IMG/VR virus record: IMGVR_UViG_3300015615_001152
Location: 321 to 64,320 of that record
Origin: a virus
Length of the DNA: 64,000 nucleotides
Direction: 5' to 3' (one strand)
This document shows positions 56,312-64,000 of this stretch, piece after piece. Within the stretch, counting starts at the first letter, position 1. The number at the start of each line of letters is the position of its first letter. The notes under the pieces were generated by a model. The model saw only the letters and a program-made list of their open reading frames with translations. It ran no database searches and had not been told where the DNA came from. The translations under genes were made by a program, and so were the position numbers.

Positions 56312-56796
56312 GACGCTGCCTCCTGATGGCGATGCACGGCAGAAGCGCGCGTTTCGGCGAAAGTCACGGCAACGGCGAGCGCCGGCCAGATGTGAGACTT
56401 CACGCCGTAGGTGCCGCCAGGCTTGGCCTTAGTGCCCGGTGGGCCCAGCTTGTCAATCAGAGCCTGACGGATGTTCGGGTCCTTCGCGCGCGGGCTGCCG
56501 CAGAGGTGCATCTTCACGTCCTTGCGGTAGACCAGTTGAGGCGTCGATTGACGGATATACGTCCAGGCCTGCACAAAGCGGCCGATCCATACGCAGGTCT
56601 CGAACACCTCGCGACCGACCGGCATGCCGTAGCTTGCGATCATCTCGATCGCGAGATCCATGCCGTCGTCGGGCAATGTCCGAATCATCTGCAGGACATC
56701 GTCGTTCGCGGCGATGCCACCGGTGTCGAACTTGCCGTGCTTCCAGAGGCACCAGCCGGTCTGTACGGGTCCGGGGTCGAGTGCGAGCAGGATCAT
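56308..56796 (-). CDS. RuvC-like Holliday junction resolvase
   Basis: LALDPG..TG; AIEM; VK..L. Confidence 0.7.
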   Translation of the reverse strand: MILLALDPGPVQTGWCLWKHGKFDTGGIAANDDVLQMIRTLPDDGMDLAIEMIASYGMPVGREVFETCVWIGRFVQAWTYIRQSTPQLVYRKDVKMHLCGSPRAKDPNIRQALIDKLGPPGTKAKPGGTYGVKSHIWPALAVAVTFAETRASAVHRHQEAAS

Positions 56797-58595
56797 GCTG
56801 CCTTCCTCACTGCGGCCTGCTCGCGGTAGTTCGCCATCGTGATGGCGCACGATAGGGGCGGGCACACCGAGTTACCGCACATGCGAACCTGCGCCGTCTT
56901 GGTCAGCGGTCGGCCATCGCCGCCGTGGTCAATGATGTAGCTGTCCGGGAATCCCTGCGCGCGGTACAGCTCGCGCGGAGTGAGCATGCGCAGGCCGATA
57001 TCGACGATGGCGTATTCCTCGCCACGAATGGTGACCAGTCCGAAACGGTCCTTCGTGGTGACCGTGTGCAGCGGTTCGGTCAGCTTTGGATCCTGGTCGG
57101 TCCCGTAGTACTTAATCAGGAAGGCGCGGACTTCGGCGTGATGCGTGCCGCCGGCGCTGATCGTATGCAGAGGCTCATCGGTTCCGCTGCCGATGTTGTC
57201 GCCTCGCAGCTTCACCATGTTGCTCGTGACCACGCCTAACGGCGCAGATCCTCCTGGGCGCTTCACGAAACTGCTGGCCGTGACCGTGTGAAGCGGTTCG
57301 TCCATCGAGTGTCCGGTGCTACCCGTCCGGAACTTCGTGATGTGCGCGGTGACAACCCCTTGCGTGCAGCCCTTGCTGACGATCGTCGACACTGGCTTGC
57401 GCGCGTCGTGGCCATCATTGCCGGTGTTGTGCTGAGCGAGGAAAGCTGCGACCAGCGCGTGCTTTTGGCCGCCTACGACGGTTCCGAGCGGCGCGTGCAG
57501 GTCGAGCGCGCGTGGCGCCTGGCCAGTGCGTTCGCCGTAACCGGTTTGCACCAGGGTGGGTGCGACCAACATTTGCTGGCCGCCGGTGGTCACCGTCGAG
57601 ACAGGAGAGTCCAGTCGAGCACCAGCGTGGCCAGTGGTGTTGGTGGCGACGAACGGGGCCAAAGTCGGGACGCAGAGCGCAAACTCGCCGCGCTGCGCCG
57701 TGGTGACAGTACGCAGTGGCTCACTCGACGAGTGCACGCGATCGCCGCCAGTGTGGGTCATCGGGACGATGAAGGGCTCGGCCGCTTCGACCACGTAGCG
57801 CATGATGCCCCTGGCGATTCGCCTGCAGGTGGCATCGGCAAGCGGCTTTGAGCGCTCAAAGATTGACGGGCACGGAATCGACCAGTCGATGCACTCTGCG
57901 GCAGTGCGCTGCTTCTTGAGCTTCTTCTGCTTCGTGGCCGGTGTACCGGGCTTGCCGTGGGTAGGCTCCGGCCACACGATCGGCATGCCGTCGCAGCGCG
58001 CGATGACGAACAGGCGTTTCCGGATGGTCGGAGCGCCGTAGTCACAGGCGCGCAACTCGCGCCACTCAACCTGGTATCCGAGGTTGCGCAGCTGGGCGAC
58101 CCAGTGGGCGAAGTTCTTGCCGCGACGATCGGGGCATGGCGTGCCATCGTCGAGCAGTGGGCCCCAATCCTGAAACTCCTCGACGTTCTCGAGCTGGATG
58201 ACGCGGGGGTGCTGGCCTGTCGGTTTCAGCAGCCGAACCCACTTAACCACGACGTTGGCCAAGCCGCGGCGGCGCCGCGCCTTGTTGCGGTCGCGGTGCG
58301 GCTTCCCGCCGCGCGCTTTGCTGTGATACGTGCAATCGGGCGACGCCCAAAGCAGGCCGACGCGCCGGCCGCCGGTGACAACGCGGGGGTCAACCTCGTA
58401 TACATCGCTCACGAAATGCTGCGTCTGCGGGTGGTTCGCTTGATGCAGCGCGACGGCTTCGGGATCGTGGTTGATTGCGATATCAACGTGACGGCCGATC
58501 GCCTGCTCAATGCCGGTGCTGGCCCCACCGCCGCCGGCGAACAGGTCGACGACAAGCTCGTCCGCTATTGGCAGAAGAAATTGCGGCGTGATCAT
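56793..58595 (-). CDS. DNA (cytosine-5) methyltransferase with repetitive variable region
   Basis: DLFAGGGG, SPDC, ENV, R.RLF, RML...E....QGFP, GNSV. Confidence 0.9.
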   Translation of the reverse strand: MITPQFLLPIADELVVDLFAGGGGASTGIEQAIGRHVDIAINHDPEAVALHQANHPQTQHFVSDVYEVDPRVVTGGRRVGLLWASPDCTYHSKARGGKPHRDRNKARRRRGLANVVVKWVRLLKPTGQHPRVIQLENVEEFQDWGPLLDDGTPCPDRRGKNFAHWVAQLRNLGYQVEWRELRACDYGAPTIRKRLFVIARCDGMPIVWPEPTHGKPGTPATKQKKLKKQRTAAECIDWSIPCPSIFERSKPLADATCRRIARGIMRYVVEAAEPFIVPMTHTGGDRVHSSSEPLRTVTTAQRGEFALCVPTLAPFVATNTTGHAGARLDSPVSTVTTGGQQMLVAPTLVQTGYGERTGQAPRALDLHAPLGTVVGGQKHALVAAFLAQHNTGNDGHDARKPVSTIVSKGCTQGVVTAHITKFRTGSTGHSMDEPLHTVTASSFVKRPGGSAPLGVVTSNMVKLRGDNIGSGTDEPLHTISAGGTHHAEVRAFLIKYYGTDQDPKLTEPLHTVTTKDRFGLVTIRGEEYAIVDIGLRMLTPRELYRAQGFPDSYIIDHGGDGRPLTKTAQVRMCGNSVCPPLSCAITMANYREQAAVRKAA

Positions 58596-61111
58596 GCGGC
58601 CTCCAGTTCGAGCGCGTCGAACAGCGAGGGCATCATGGCCTCGCGCTCTGCGGCCTTGAGGTAATGCACCTGGTCGAGGAAGTAGGCGGCGCTCAGTTCG
58701 GAACCGCGTGAGTGGCGGCCGGCTTTGATCGCGCGCACGCCGACCGTGCCTAGTCCATGGAAGGGGTCATAGACCACCTCGCCGGCCATGCTGAATCGCT
58801 CGATCAGCCGATCAACGATGTCGAACTGCAGGGGGCAGACGTGCTTCTCGACCGCGCGATTCGACTGCTCGCCGTTGAGTGTGCGCATGCGGTTGATGTC
58901 CGTCCACACGAACGGGTCGGGGCTCCCCGGTGCTAGCGCCTTGAACGTCGACGGCAGTGCGCCGCGCGCCTGCAGTTCCTCGCCCAGCTTGACGTGAAAC
59001 TCAAAGTCGTAGATGTGCTGCAGGCTGTACTCGGTGTAGAGCTTGGCCAGCTTGTCCGGGCCTAGTTGCGCCAACTCCTCAGCTTTCAGCAGGCGATCGC
59101 CACTCGAACGCCAGTAGCCATCGGCCGTGACCTGCCAACGCGCCAGGCTGTACATATCCTTGCTCTTGCGGATCGGCTTGTCGGCGTAGCCGCGGGTGCG
59201 GTCGGACTGCGGCTTGTGGAACAGGAGGATGTATTCGGGCGAGCCGACGCCGATCTTGCTGCCGTCCTTGCACATTTCGGTGTAGCCGAGGCGGTAGGTC
59301 TGATTGTTTTCGCGAACGACATCGGTCGTCACTGTGATCATCCCGCAGTAGTCGAAGCCGTGCTTCATGCCGTGGAAGAGCGCCTCGGCATGGAACGGGC
59401 TCACGGTCGGAATGCCGGCGCCGGTCACGTTGCCGAAGTTGATGCGGTCCTTGACGTGGCACGCGTAGATTCGGCCCGGCTGCAGGATCCGCAGCAATTC
59501 GGGCGTCAGAAAGTCCATCTGCTGCCAGAAGTGCGCGTTGTCTTTGGTGTGGCCGAAGTCGTTGTAACTCGGCGTGTATTCGTAGTGGTTTGCGAACGGT
59601 ATGGACGTGACGATGAGATCAACGCTGTTGTCGGGCTGCAGGCGCGCTTCCTCGACGCAGTCATTGTTGGCGACCTTGAAGCGCTCGCCCTTCACTTCGA
59701 TTCGCGCCGTGCCGATGGCGCGCGTCAGCACGTCCTGCATAGCCAGCCGGTTGAGGCCGAATTCCTTGATGATCTCGCTCATGCGTGCACTCATTTCCTC
59801 GTGTTGTTGCCACTTCTGCTGCAGGGTGCGCAGCACGTCGCGCTCAGCCTCGGTGTGCACGATGTCGATGCGGACTGTGTGCGCCTGGCCGAAGCGCTGC
59901 ACACGATGGATGGCTTGGATGAAGTCGTTGAACTTGAAGCCGACGCCGGCGAATATCTCGCGATGGCAGTGGCGCTGGAAGTTGCAGCCGGACCCGGCGA
60001 TGATCGGCTTGGTCGACAGCACGCGATATGCGCCGTTGCCAAAGTCCACGATGCGCTGCTCGCGTGCGTCGAGATCCTGTGTGCCCCAAACGCTGACCGC
60101 GTCCGGTATCGCGGCCTGGATCGCATGGCGCTCGCTCTCAAGGTCGTGCCAGACCACGAAATGATCGACCGGCGATTCCTCGACAAGCTCGCGCACCTTC
60201 GCAACGCGGGCATCAAGACTGTTGCGCTTCTCGCGGGATGCCGCGGACAGCCCCATCGCCAGGTCAGGTATTAGCAGACCTTGACCGTTCTTCTCGACGC
60301 CTGCCGCTTCGTAGTCGCTGGGGATTTCGTGGTACCGGACGTCGAGTGCAGGCAGGTCGTAGCCCTCGTCACTAAATCCGAGATCGCTGGGGCGCTGGAT
60401 AAACACCGCCCAGCTGGCGACCCAAAGCCAAAATTCCTGTTCCTTGTGCGGGTACAGGGTGAGATTGCCCGCCTTCTCGCTGTCGCGCTGGAAGAAGCGG
60501 GTCAACGCCTGGCCAGTATCCATGACGCCCAGGTAGCCGGCGTAGTGGATCAGTTCTTTGAAGCGGTTCGGCGACGGCGTCGCCGTGGCAACGAACTTGT
60601 ACTTCACCGGCGTGAACGCGGGCAGGAACTCCTGATAGGTCTTGCTGCCGTAGCTGCGCAGAACTGAAGCCTCGTCCAGACTGGTTGCGATGCAGCGCGT
60701 CACATCGATCTTGCCCTCGCGCACGCTCTCGTAGTTCGTCATGTAGAGCGTGGCCGGGTCGTCCATCTCGGCGTCACTCCGCACGAATCGCAGGTCGATT
60801 GCGAACTCGTCGCGGAACCGCGCCTCGATCTCGGCCTTGAACTCCTGCCGTACGCCGAGCGGCGCGACCTGCAGCCGATAGCCCGGTTCGTGCTGTCCGA
60901 TCAGCCGCAGGATCTCAAGTTGGGTAGCAGTCTTGTGCAGGCCAAAGCTCGCAAAGATGGCACGATTGCCCCCGCGCACGGCCCACTCAACGATGGCGCG
61001 CGTGTGCGGCTTGAGCGCTGGGTTGATGGCCGCGGTCGGGACTTCGAATCCCCCCTGCGGCGCCAGCACGACCTTGTCGCGCAGGAACTGCTGGTAGTCC
61101 TGTGTTTTCAC
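58592..61111 (-). CDS. SF2 helicase-like / amino-methyltransferase fusion
   Basis: FGLHKT, LDEAS, TAT, G.NFQ, QAIHR..RFGQ; then TSIPF, RILQPG, DPFHGLGT. Confidence 0.85.
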   Translation of the reverse strand: MKTQDYQQFLRDKVVLAPQGGFEVPTAAINPALKPHTRAIVEWAVRGGNRAIFASFGLHKTATQLEILRLIGQHEPGYRLQVAPLGVRQEFKAEIEARFRDEFAIDLRFVRSDAEMDDPATLYMTNYESVREGKIDVTRCIATSLDEASVLRSYGSKTYQEFLPAFTPVKYKFVATATPSPNRFKELIHYAGYLGVMDTGQALTRFFQRDSEKAGNLTLYPHKEQEFWLWVASWAVFIQRPSDLGFSDEGYDLPALDVRYHEIPSDYEAAGVEKNGQGLLIPDLAMGLSAASREKRNSLDARVAKVRELVEESPVDHFVVWHDLESERHAIQAAIPDAVSVWGTQDLDAREQRIVDFGNGAYRVLSTKPIIAGSGCNFQRHCHREIFAGVGFKFNDFIQAIHRVQRFGQAHTVRIDIVHTEAERDVLRTLQQKWQQHEEMSARMSEIIKEFGLNRLAMQDVLTRAIGTARIEVKGERFKVANNDCVEEARLQPDNSVDLIVTSIPFANHYEYTPSYNDFGHTKDNAHFWQQMDFLTPELLRILQPGRIYACHVKDRINFGNVTGAGIPTVSPFHAEALFHGMKHGFDYCGMITVTTDVVRENNQTYRLGYTEMCKDGSKIGVGSPEYILLFHKPQSDRTRGYADKPIRKSKDMYSLARWQVTADGYWRSSGDRLLKAEELAQLGPDKLAKLYTEYSLQHIYDFEFHVKLGEELQARGALPSTFKALAPGSPDPFVWTDINRMRTLNGEQSNRAVEKHVCPLQFDIVDRLIERFSMAGEVVYDPFHGLGTVGVRAIKAGRHSRGSELSAAYFLDQVHYLKAAEREAMMPSLFDALELEAA

Positions 61112-61380
61112 TCAGTCCGCCCATCTCCGGCCTGTGTGGCCGGGGTTCGGAACATTGCGTCGAGCCGCGATGACATCGCAGACTTGTAGGCATCAGGACC
61201 ACCGAACGCATGTGCGTAAAGAATGTGCCGCTCGTATTCGCTCTCCGTCAGGCCAACCTCGGCGGCCATGCCGCGCAGGATGTTGCGCACCTGCGAATGG
61301 CAGTCGATGCGGAACTCGTCGTCGAGCTTCCCGAGCGGATGCGAACTCCCGCCTCGCGCGAAAGCGATCTGGTCAGTCAT
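61108..61380 (-). CDS. CII-position small regulator (ribbon-helix-helix-like)
   Basis: Position after cro and its terminator; RIDC......L...A...G.T.SEY.R.IL. Confidence 0.55.
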   Translation of the reverse strand: MTDQIAFARGGSSHPLGKLDDEFRIDCHSQVRNILRGMAAEVGLTESEYERHILYAHAFGGPDAYKSAMSSRLDAMFRTPATQAGDGRTE

Positions 61381-61393
61381 GCGTGATCTCGTG

Positions 61394-61434
61394 AAGAAGA
61401 GAAAACCCCGCGCACCAGGTCTTGGTGCGCGGGG
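61394..61434 (-). terminator. Strong terminator downstream of cro (tR1 position)
   Basis: Perfect 12-bp stem CCCCGCGCACCA/TGGTGCGCGGGG followed by TTTTCTCTTCTT. Confidence 0.8.
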
Positions 61435-61516
61435 AGGAAGCCGTGCGTTCGAGGGGAGACACACGGCGATTCGGCCAAAGGAGGAAGAAGGCCGAATGCA
61501 GAGAACTTTGTTCCGG

Positions 61517-61786
61517 TCATGCCGCTTTCGCAGCGACCGCGAGGTCAGGCGCGCCTTTCGTTCCGGCCAGCTCGGGCCAGATGTCCGCCCAATCATCGGG
61601 GCGCAAATCCCAGCGGCGCACCGCTTTTTGAGTGTGGCGCTCGAACCGCACGCACACCGCCGGCGACAGGAGTTGCCCAGTGCTGGCGGCTTTCCGGACA
61701 TAGTTTTCGGAGGTGCCGCACTCTCGACAGAGCGGGTCACGCTCGGCCAGTGGTAGCCCGTTGAGGTATTCGATCAATGCTCGCAT
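61517..61786 (-). CDS. cro: Cro-like (YdaS-type) repressor
   Basis: HTH; V.R.DLRPDDW..IWPEL; divergent from cI. Confidence 0.85.
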   Translation of the reverse strand: MRALIEYLNGLPLAERDPLCRECGTSENYVRKAASTGQLLSPAVCVRFERHTQKAVRRWDLRPDDWADIWPELAGTKGAPDLAVAAKAA

Positions 61787-61850
61787 TACCGAATAGTAAT
61801 ATTGCCATTACCGGCAGTCAATTACTTTTTGGTTATTTACCGAAAGGTAA
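61785..61850. promoter_or_regulatory. Immunity switch: PR-like promoter and three operators
   Basis: Minus strand TTGACT-17 nt-TACTAT-6 nt-ATG; palindromes ATTACcgaataGTAAT (61785), ATTACtttttgGTTAT (61821), TTACcgaaagGTAA (61837). Confidence 0.8.
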
Positions 61851-61869
61851 GCGCGGGCGAGAATTGGCC

Positions 61870-62634
61870 ATGCTCTCTGAAGACCCGGAATCCACCCACC
61901 GCCGACGGAAACTCGAACAGCTGATTCGCGTCAGTTTCGGCGGGGTTCAAGCCCGGTTCATCAAGGCCACCGGCATCAACCAAGGTGAGCTGTCGGCCAT
62001 CATCGGCGGCAAAAAGTCGTTCGGCCGGCGGAAGGCATCGACACTCGAGGGGCAGCTCGGCCTGTCCAAGGGTTACTTTGAGCAGCCGCTCGACGAAGAC
62101 GGAGACACCAACATTGCGGCGATCGTGCCTGACACGCCGGTATCCGTGCACCGAGGTGAGGTGCTCACGCCACGCGATGGCTTTGTGCACAGGATCCCGA
62201 AACTGAACGTAGCAGGCGGCCAGGGTAATGGCGCTCTTTTGCCAGCGGTCGAGTACGAGTCGTCCATGATCGAGGTATCCGACGATTGGGTACGGCACAA
62301 CCTGCCCGGCGTTCGCCTCTCGAATCTTCAGGCGATCGCGGGCTTCGGGCCGAGCATGATGCCCACATTCGGCGACGGTGACATCCTCTTTGTGGACGTG
62401 TCAGTCACTCGGCTTGTGCACGATCGAATCTTCGCCCTGTACGAGCGCGAATCCCGCGAGCTTTACATCAAGCGCGTGACGCGCTACCCGCTTGAGGAGC
62501 GCTGGTCGATCACGTCGGACAACCCGCTCCACAACAACCCGCCGCTCGCCAGTATGGTCACGCTTGAGCAAATATCCGGGCGGCTTGGAGTCGGCGGCTG
62601 TGTCGTCGGCAAATGGTCGTTCGCGAAACTTTGA
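61870..62634 (+). CDS. cI: CI-like repressor (HTH + S24 autopeptidase)
   Basis: HTH GINQGELSAII.GKKSFG; AG.G cleavage region; G.SM.PT..DGD...VD; IKR. Confidence 0.88.
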   Translation: MLSEDPESTHRRRKLEQLIRVSFGGVQARFIKATGINQGELSAIIGGKKSFGRRKASTLEGQLGLSKGYFEQPLDEDGDTNIAAIVPDTPVSVHRGEVLTPRDGFVHRIPKLNVAGGQGNGALLPAVEYESSMIEVSDDWVRHNLPGVRLSNLQAIAGFGPSMMPTFGDGDILFVDVSVTRLVHDRIFALYERESRELYIKRVTRYPLEERWSITSDNPLHNNPPLASMVTLEQISGRLGVGGCVVGKWSFAKL

Positions 62635-62689
62635 TTTGCAAGGCGCAACGGCGACGCCATCATCGCCGGCAGAACGATAGAGGGATGTC

Positions 62690-62998
62690 ATGAGAAAGGT
62701 ACTGATCGCACTGGCCGCGCTGTCGCTGGTTTCCGCCGCGGGCGCCAAAGACGCGTACGTGAAGCCGTACTTCAAGGCGGATGGCACGTTCGTCGAGGGA
62801 CACTACAAGACCGCGCCCAACAGCACGAAGCTCGACAACTACAGCACCCAAGGCAACTACAACCCGTACACGGGCAAGGCTGGCACCGTCGATCCCTACA
62901 AGGTCACTGCGCCGTCCAATCCGTATGCCGTCCCGGCGCCGGCCGCACCAAAGCCAAGCACCTGCATTCGCGACATCTACACTGGAAAGTGCCTCTAG
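62690..62998 (+). CDS. Small exported protein
   Basis: Signal peptide; YV..Y.K.DGT.V.GHY.T.PN....DNYST.GN.NPYTG motif common in prophages. Confidence 0.75.
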   Translation: MRKVLIALAALSLVSAAGAKDAYVKPYFKADGTFVEGHYKTAPNSTKLDNYSTQGNYNPYTGKAGTVDPYKVTAPSNPYAVPAPAAPKPSTCIRDIYTGKCL

Positions 62999-63315
62999 TG
63001 GAACGAGCCAGCCAGAGCATTGCGCGCAGCAGCCTGGACTGGCTACGCTGGAAGGCCTATTTCGCGCTTGCCCTGACGCTTTTCTGCTACGTGGGCTACC
63101 GCGCTGTCGACGTCGACGACTTGCTCGTGATCCTCGTTGCCGGGCTTGCCACTAATGCCTATTGGAAGGCAGTCAGCTACCCGTACTTCGCTCGCCCTGC
63201 CGCCAGGCAGCGAGCGCGAGAGCGCGCCGAAATATGGTTCCTGATTAACGCGCTGTCACTTGGGGCCGTTGCCGCGCTGTTGGCCGCATTCGTCTCGCGT
63301 CACTGGCCGCTGTGA
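62998..63315 (+). CDS. Small 3-TM membrane protein
   Basis: TAGTG overlap; three hydrophobic segments. Confidence 0.55.
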   Translation: MERASQSIARSSLDWLRWKAYFALALTLFCYVGYRAVDVDDLLVILVAGLATNAYWKAVSYPYFARPAARQRARERAEIWFLINALSLGAVAALLAAFVSRHWPL

Positions 63316-63437
63316 GGCGCAATGTTGCGCGCCAACGCGCAAGCGCCGATCGCGCAGTGGGGCGAAACTCTGTCAATCGTGGCGCAGCCCCCGCGGTGTT
63401 ATACCGCGCTTTAATCAAACCGTAGGATAACGGCAAC

Positions 63438-64000
63438 TTACCCCAGCGAGGGCCGCACCGCGGCAGCCCAAAGAGCATAGGCCGCCGCCGTGAGATGCAG
63501 TCCATCAGTCGTGAATTCGGGGCGAATCCACCCCTCGGCATCGCGCAACTGCGCGTGCAGGTCGACATACGTCACCCCGGCCAAGGCTCGAATCTGATCA
63601 TTCACTGCCGCGATCTCCGCAGCCATCGTGGGCGGCCCGAGACCCTTCTCGATCGGCAGAACTGACGTCAGCGTCACCGGCGCGATGCGTTGAAGCGTCA
63701 GCGCAAGGTCGGCGACGTCGCGCGCGGTGTCCGCGACCGATCGCCGGTACAGCAAATCGTTGATGCCAATCTGCAGGAAGATGCGCTGCGGGCTGCTTGC
63801 GGCTGCGCGCTCTACCAGCGGCAGGAGTTCGCGCGCCTGAGCGCCGGCGACGCCAAACTCCCCGATCCCATCCACTCCCAACAGCGTCGACCAGCGCGCC
63901 AGATCTGTCAGCGAGTCGCCCAGCATTGCGAAACGCAGCTGCCGGACCGGACCTTGATTGATCGTCGCTAGCCGCGCCGAAGCACCGCCGCTCCAGTCGC
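63438..64000 (-). CDS. SGNH/GDSL hydrolase (5' end beyond the window)
   Basis: GDSLT, G.AG, GIND, DGLH; the frame stays open to the window edge. Confidence 0.8.
   Translation of the reverse strand, partial: DWSGGASARLATINQGPVRQLRFAMLGDSLTDLARWSTLLGVDGIGEFGVAGAQARELLPLVERAAASSPQRIFLQIGINDLLYRRSVADTARDVADLALTLQRIAPVTLTSVLPIEKGLGPPTMAAEIAAVNDQIRALAGVTYVDLHAQLRDAEGWIRPEFTTDGLHLTAAAYALWAAAVRPSLG

Larger units (their letters stand above)
14728..64000. mobile_element. Temperate podovirus-like prophage integrated at tRNA-Arg(ACG); continues beyond the right edge
   Basis: att core plus a continuous immunity-replication-lysis-packaging-head-tail-ejection gene order; no tape measure or sheath gene recognised. 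Confidence 0.92.

Overview
High-GC, probably betaproteobacterial DNA (inferred from the E. coli-type LexA box, IPTL-CTERM proteins and lambdoid switch). Positions 1-12.4 kb are host accessory genes: a metzincin-type metalloprotease, two large CSLREA-type/beta-helix surface proteins with IPTL-CTERM anchors flanking a helical-repeat/BTAD regulator, and small exported proteins. Positions 12.4-14.8 kb hold two copies of the 3' end of tRNA-Arg(ACG) plus its terminator, one degenerate and one matching the typical tRNA-Arg sequence, bracketing a ~2.2 kb islet. From ~14,774 to beyond the right edge lies a temperate podovirus-like prophage, mostly on the minus strand. In transcription order it carries the cI/cro switch, a helicase-methyltransferase, a C5 methyltransferase, RuvC-like, replication and nin-like genes, a two-gene moron, lysis genes, a papain-like peptidase, TerS, a TerL split into two ORFs, a P22-like portal, scaffold, N4-gp56-like capsid, adaptor/tail genes, a GNAT, and ejection/polyvalent proteins. 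A plus-strand moron cluster (LexA-box gene, trypsin-like protease, DUF1737-like, HEPN-like) sits at the att end. No integrase or intact tRNA is in the window. Best novelty candidates: (1) a CsrA-like small protein directly upstream of a two-state RNA structure that hides the capsid ribosome-binding site; (2) the split terminase; (3) a three-hairpin element after cro; (4) the protease/HEPN-like moron cluster. All family assignments come from motif recognition by eye, not database searches.
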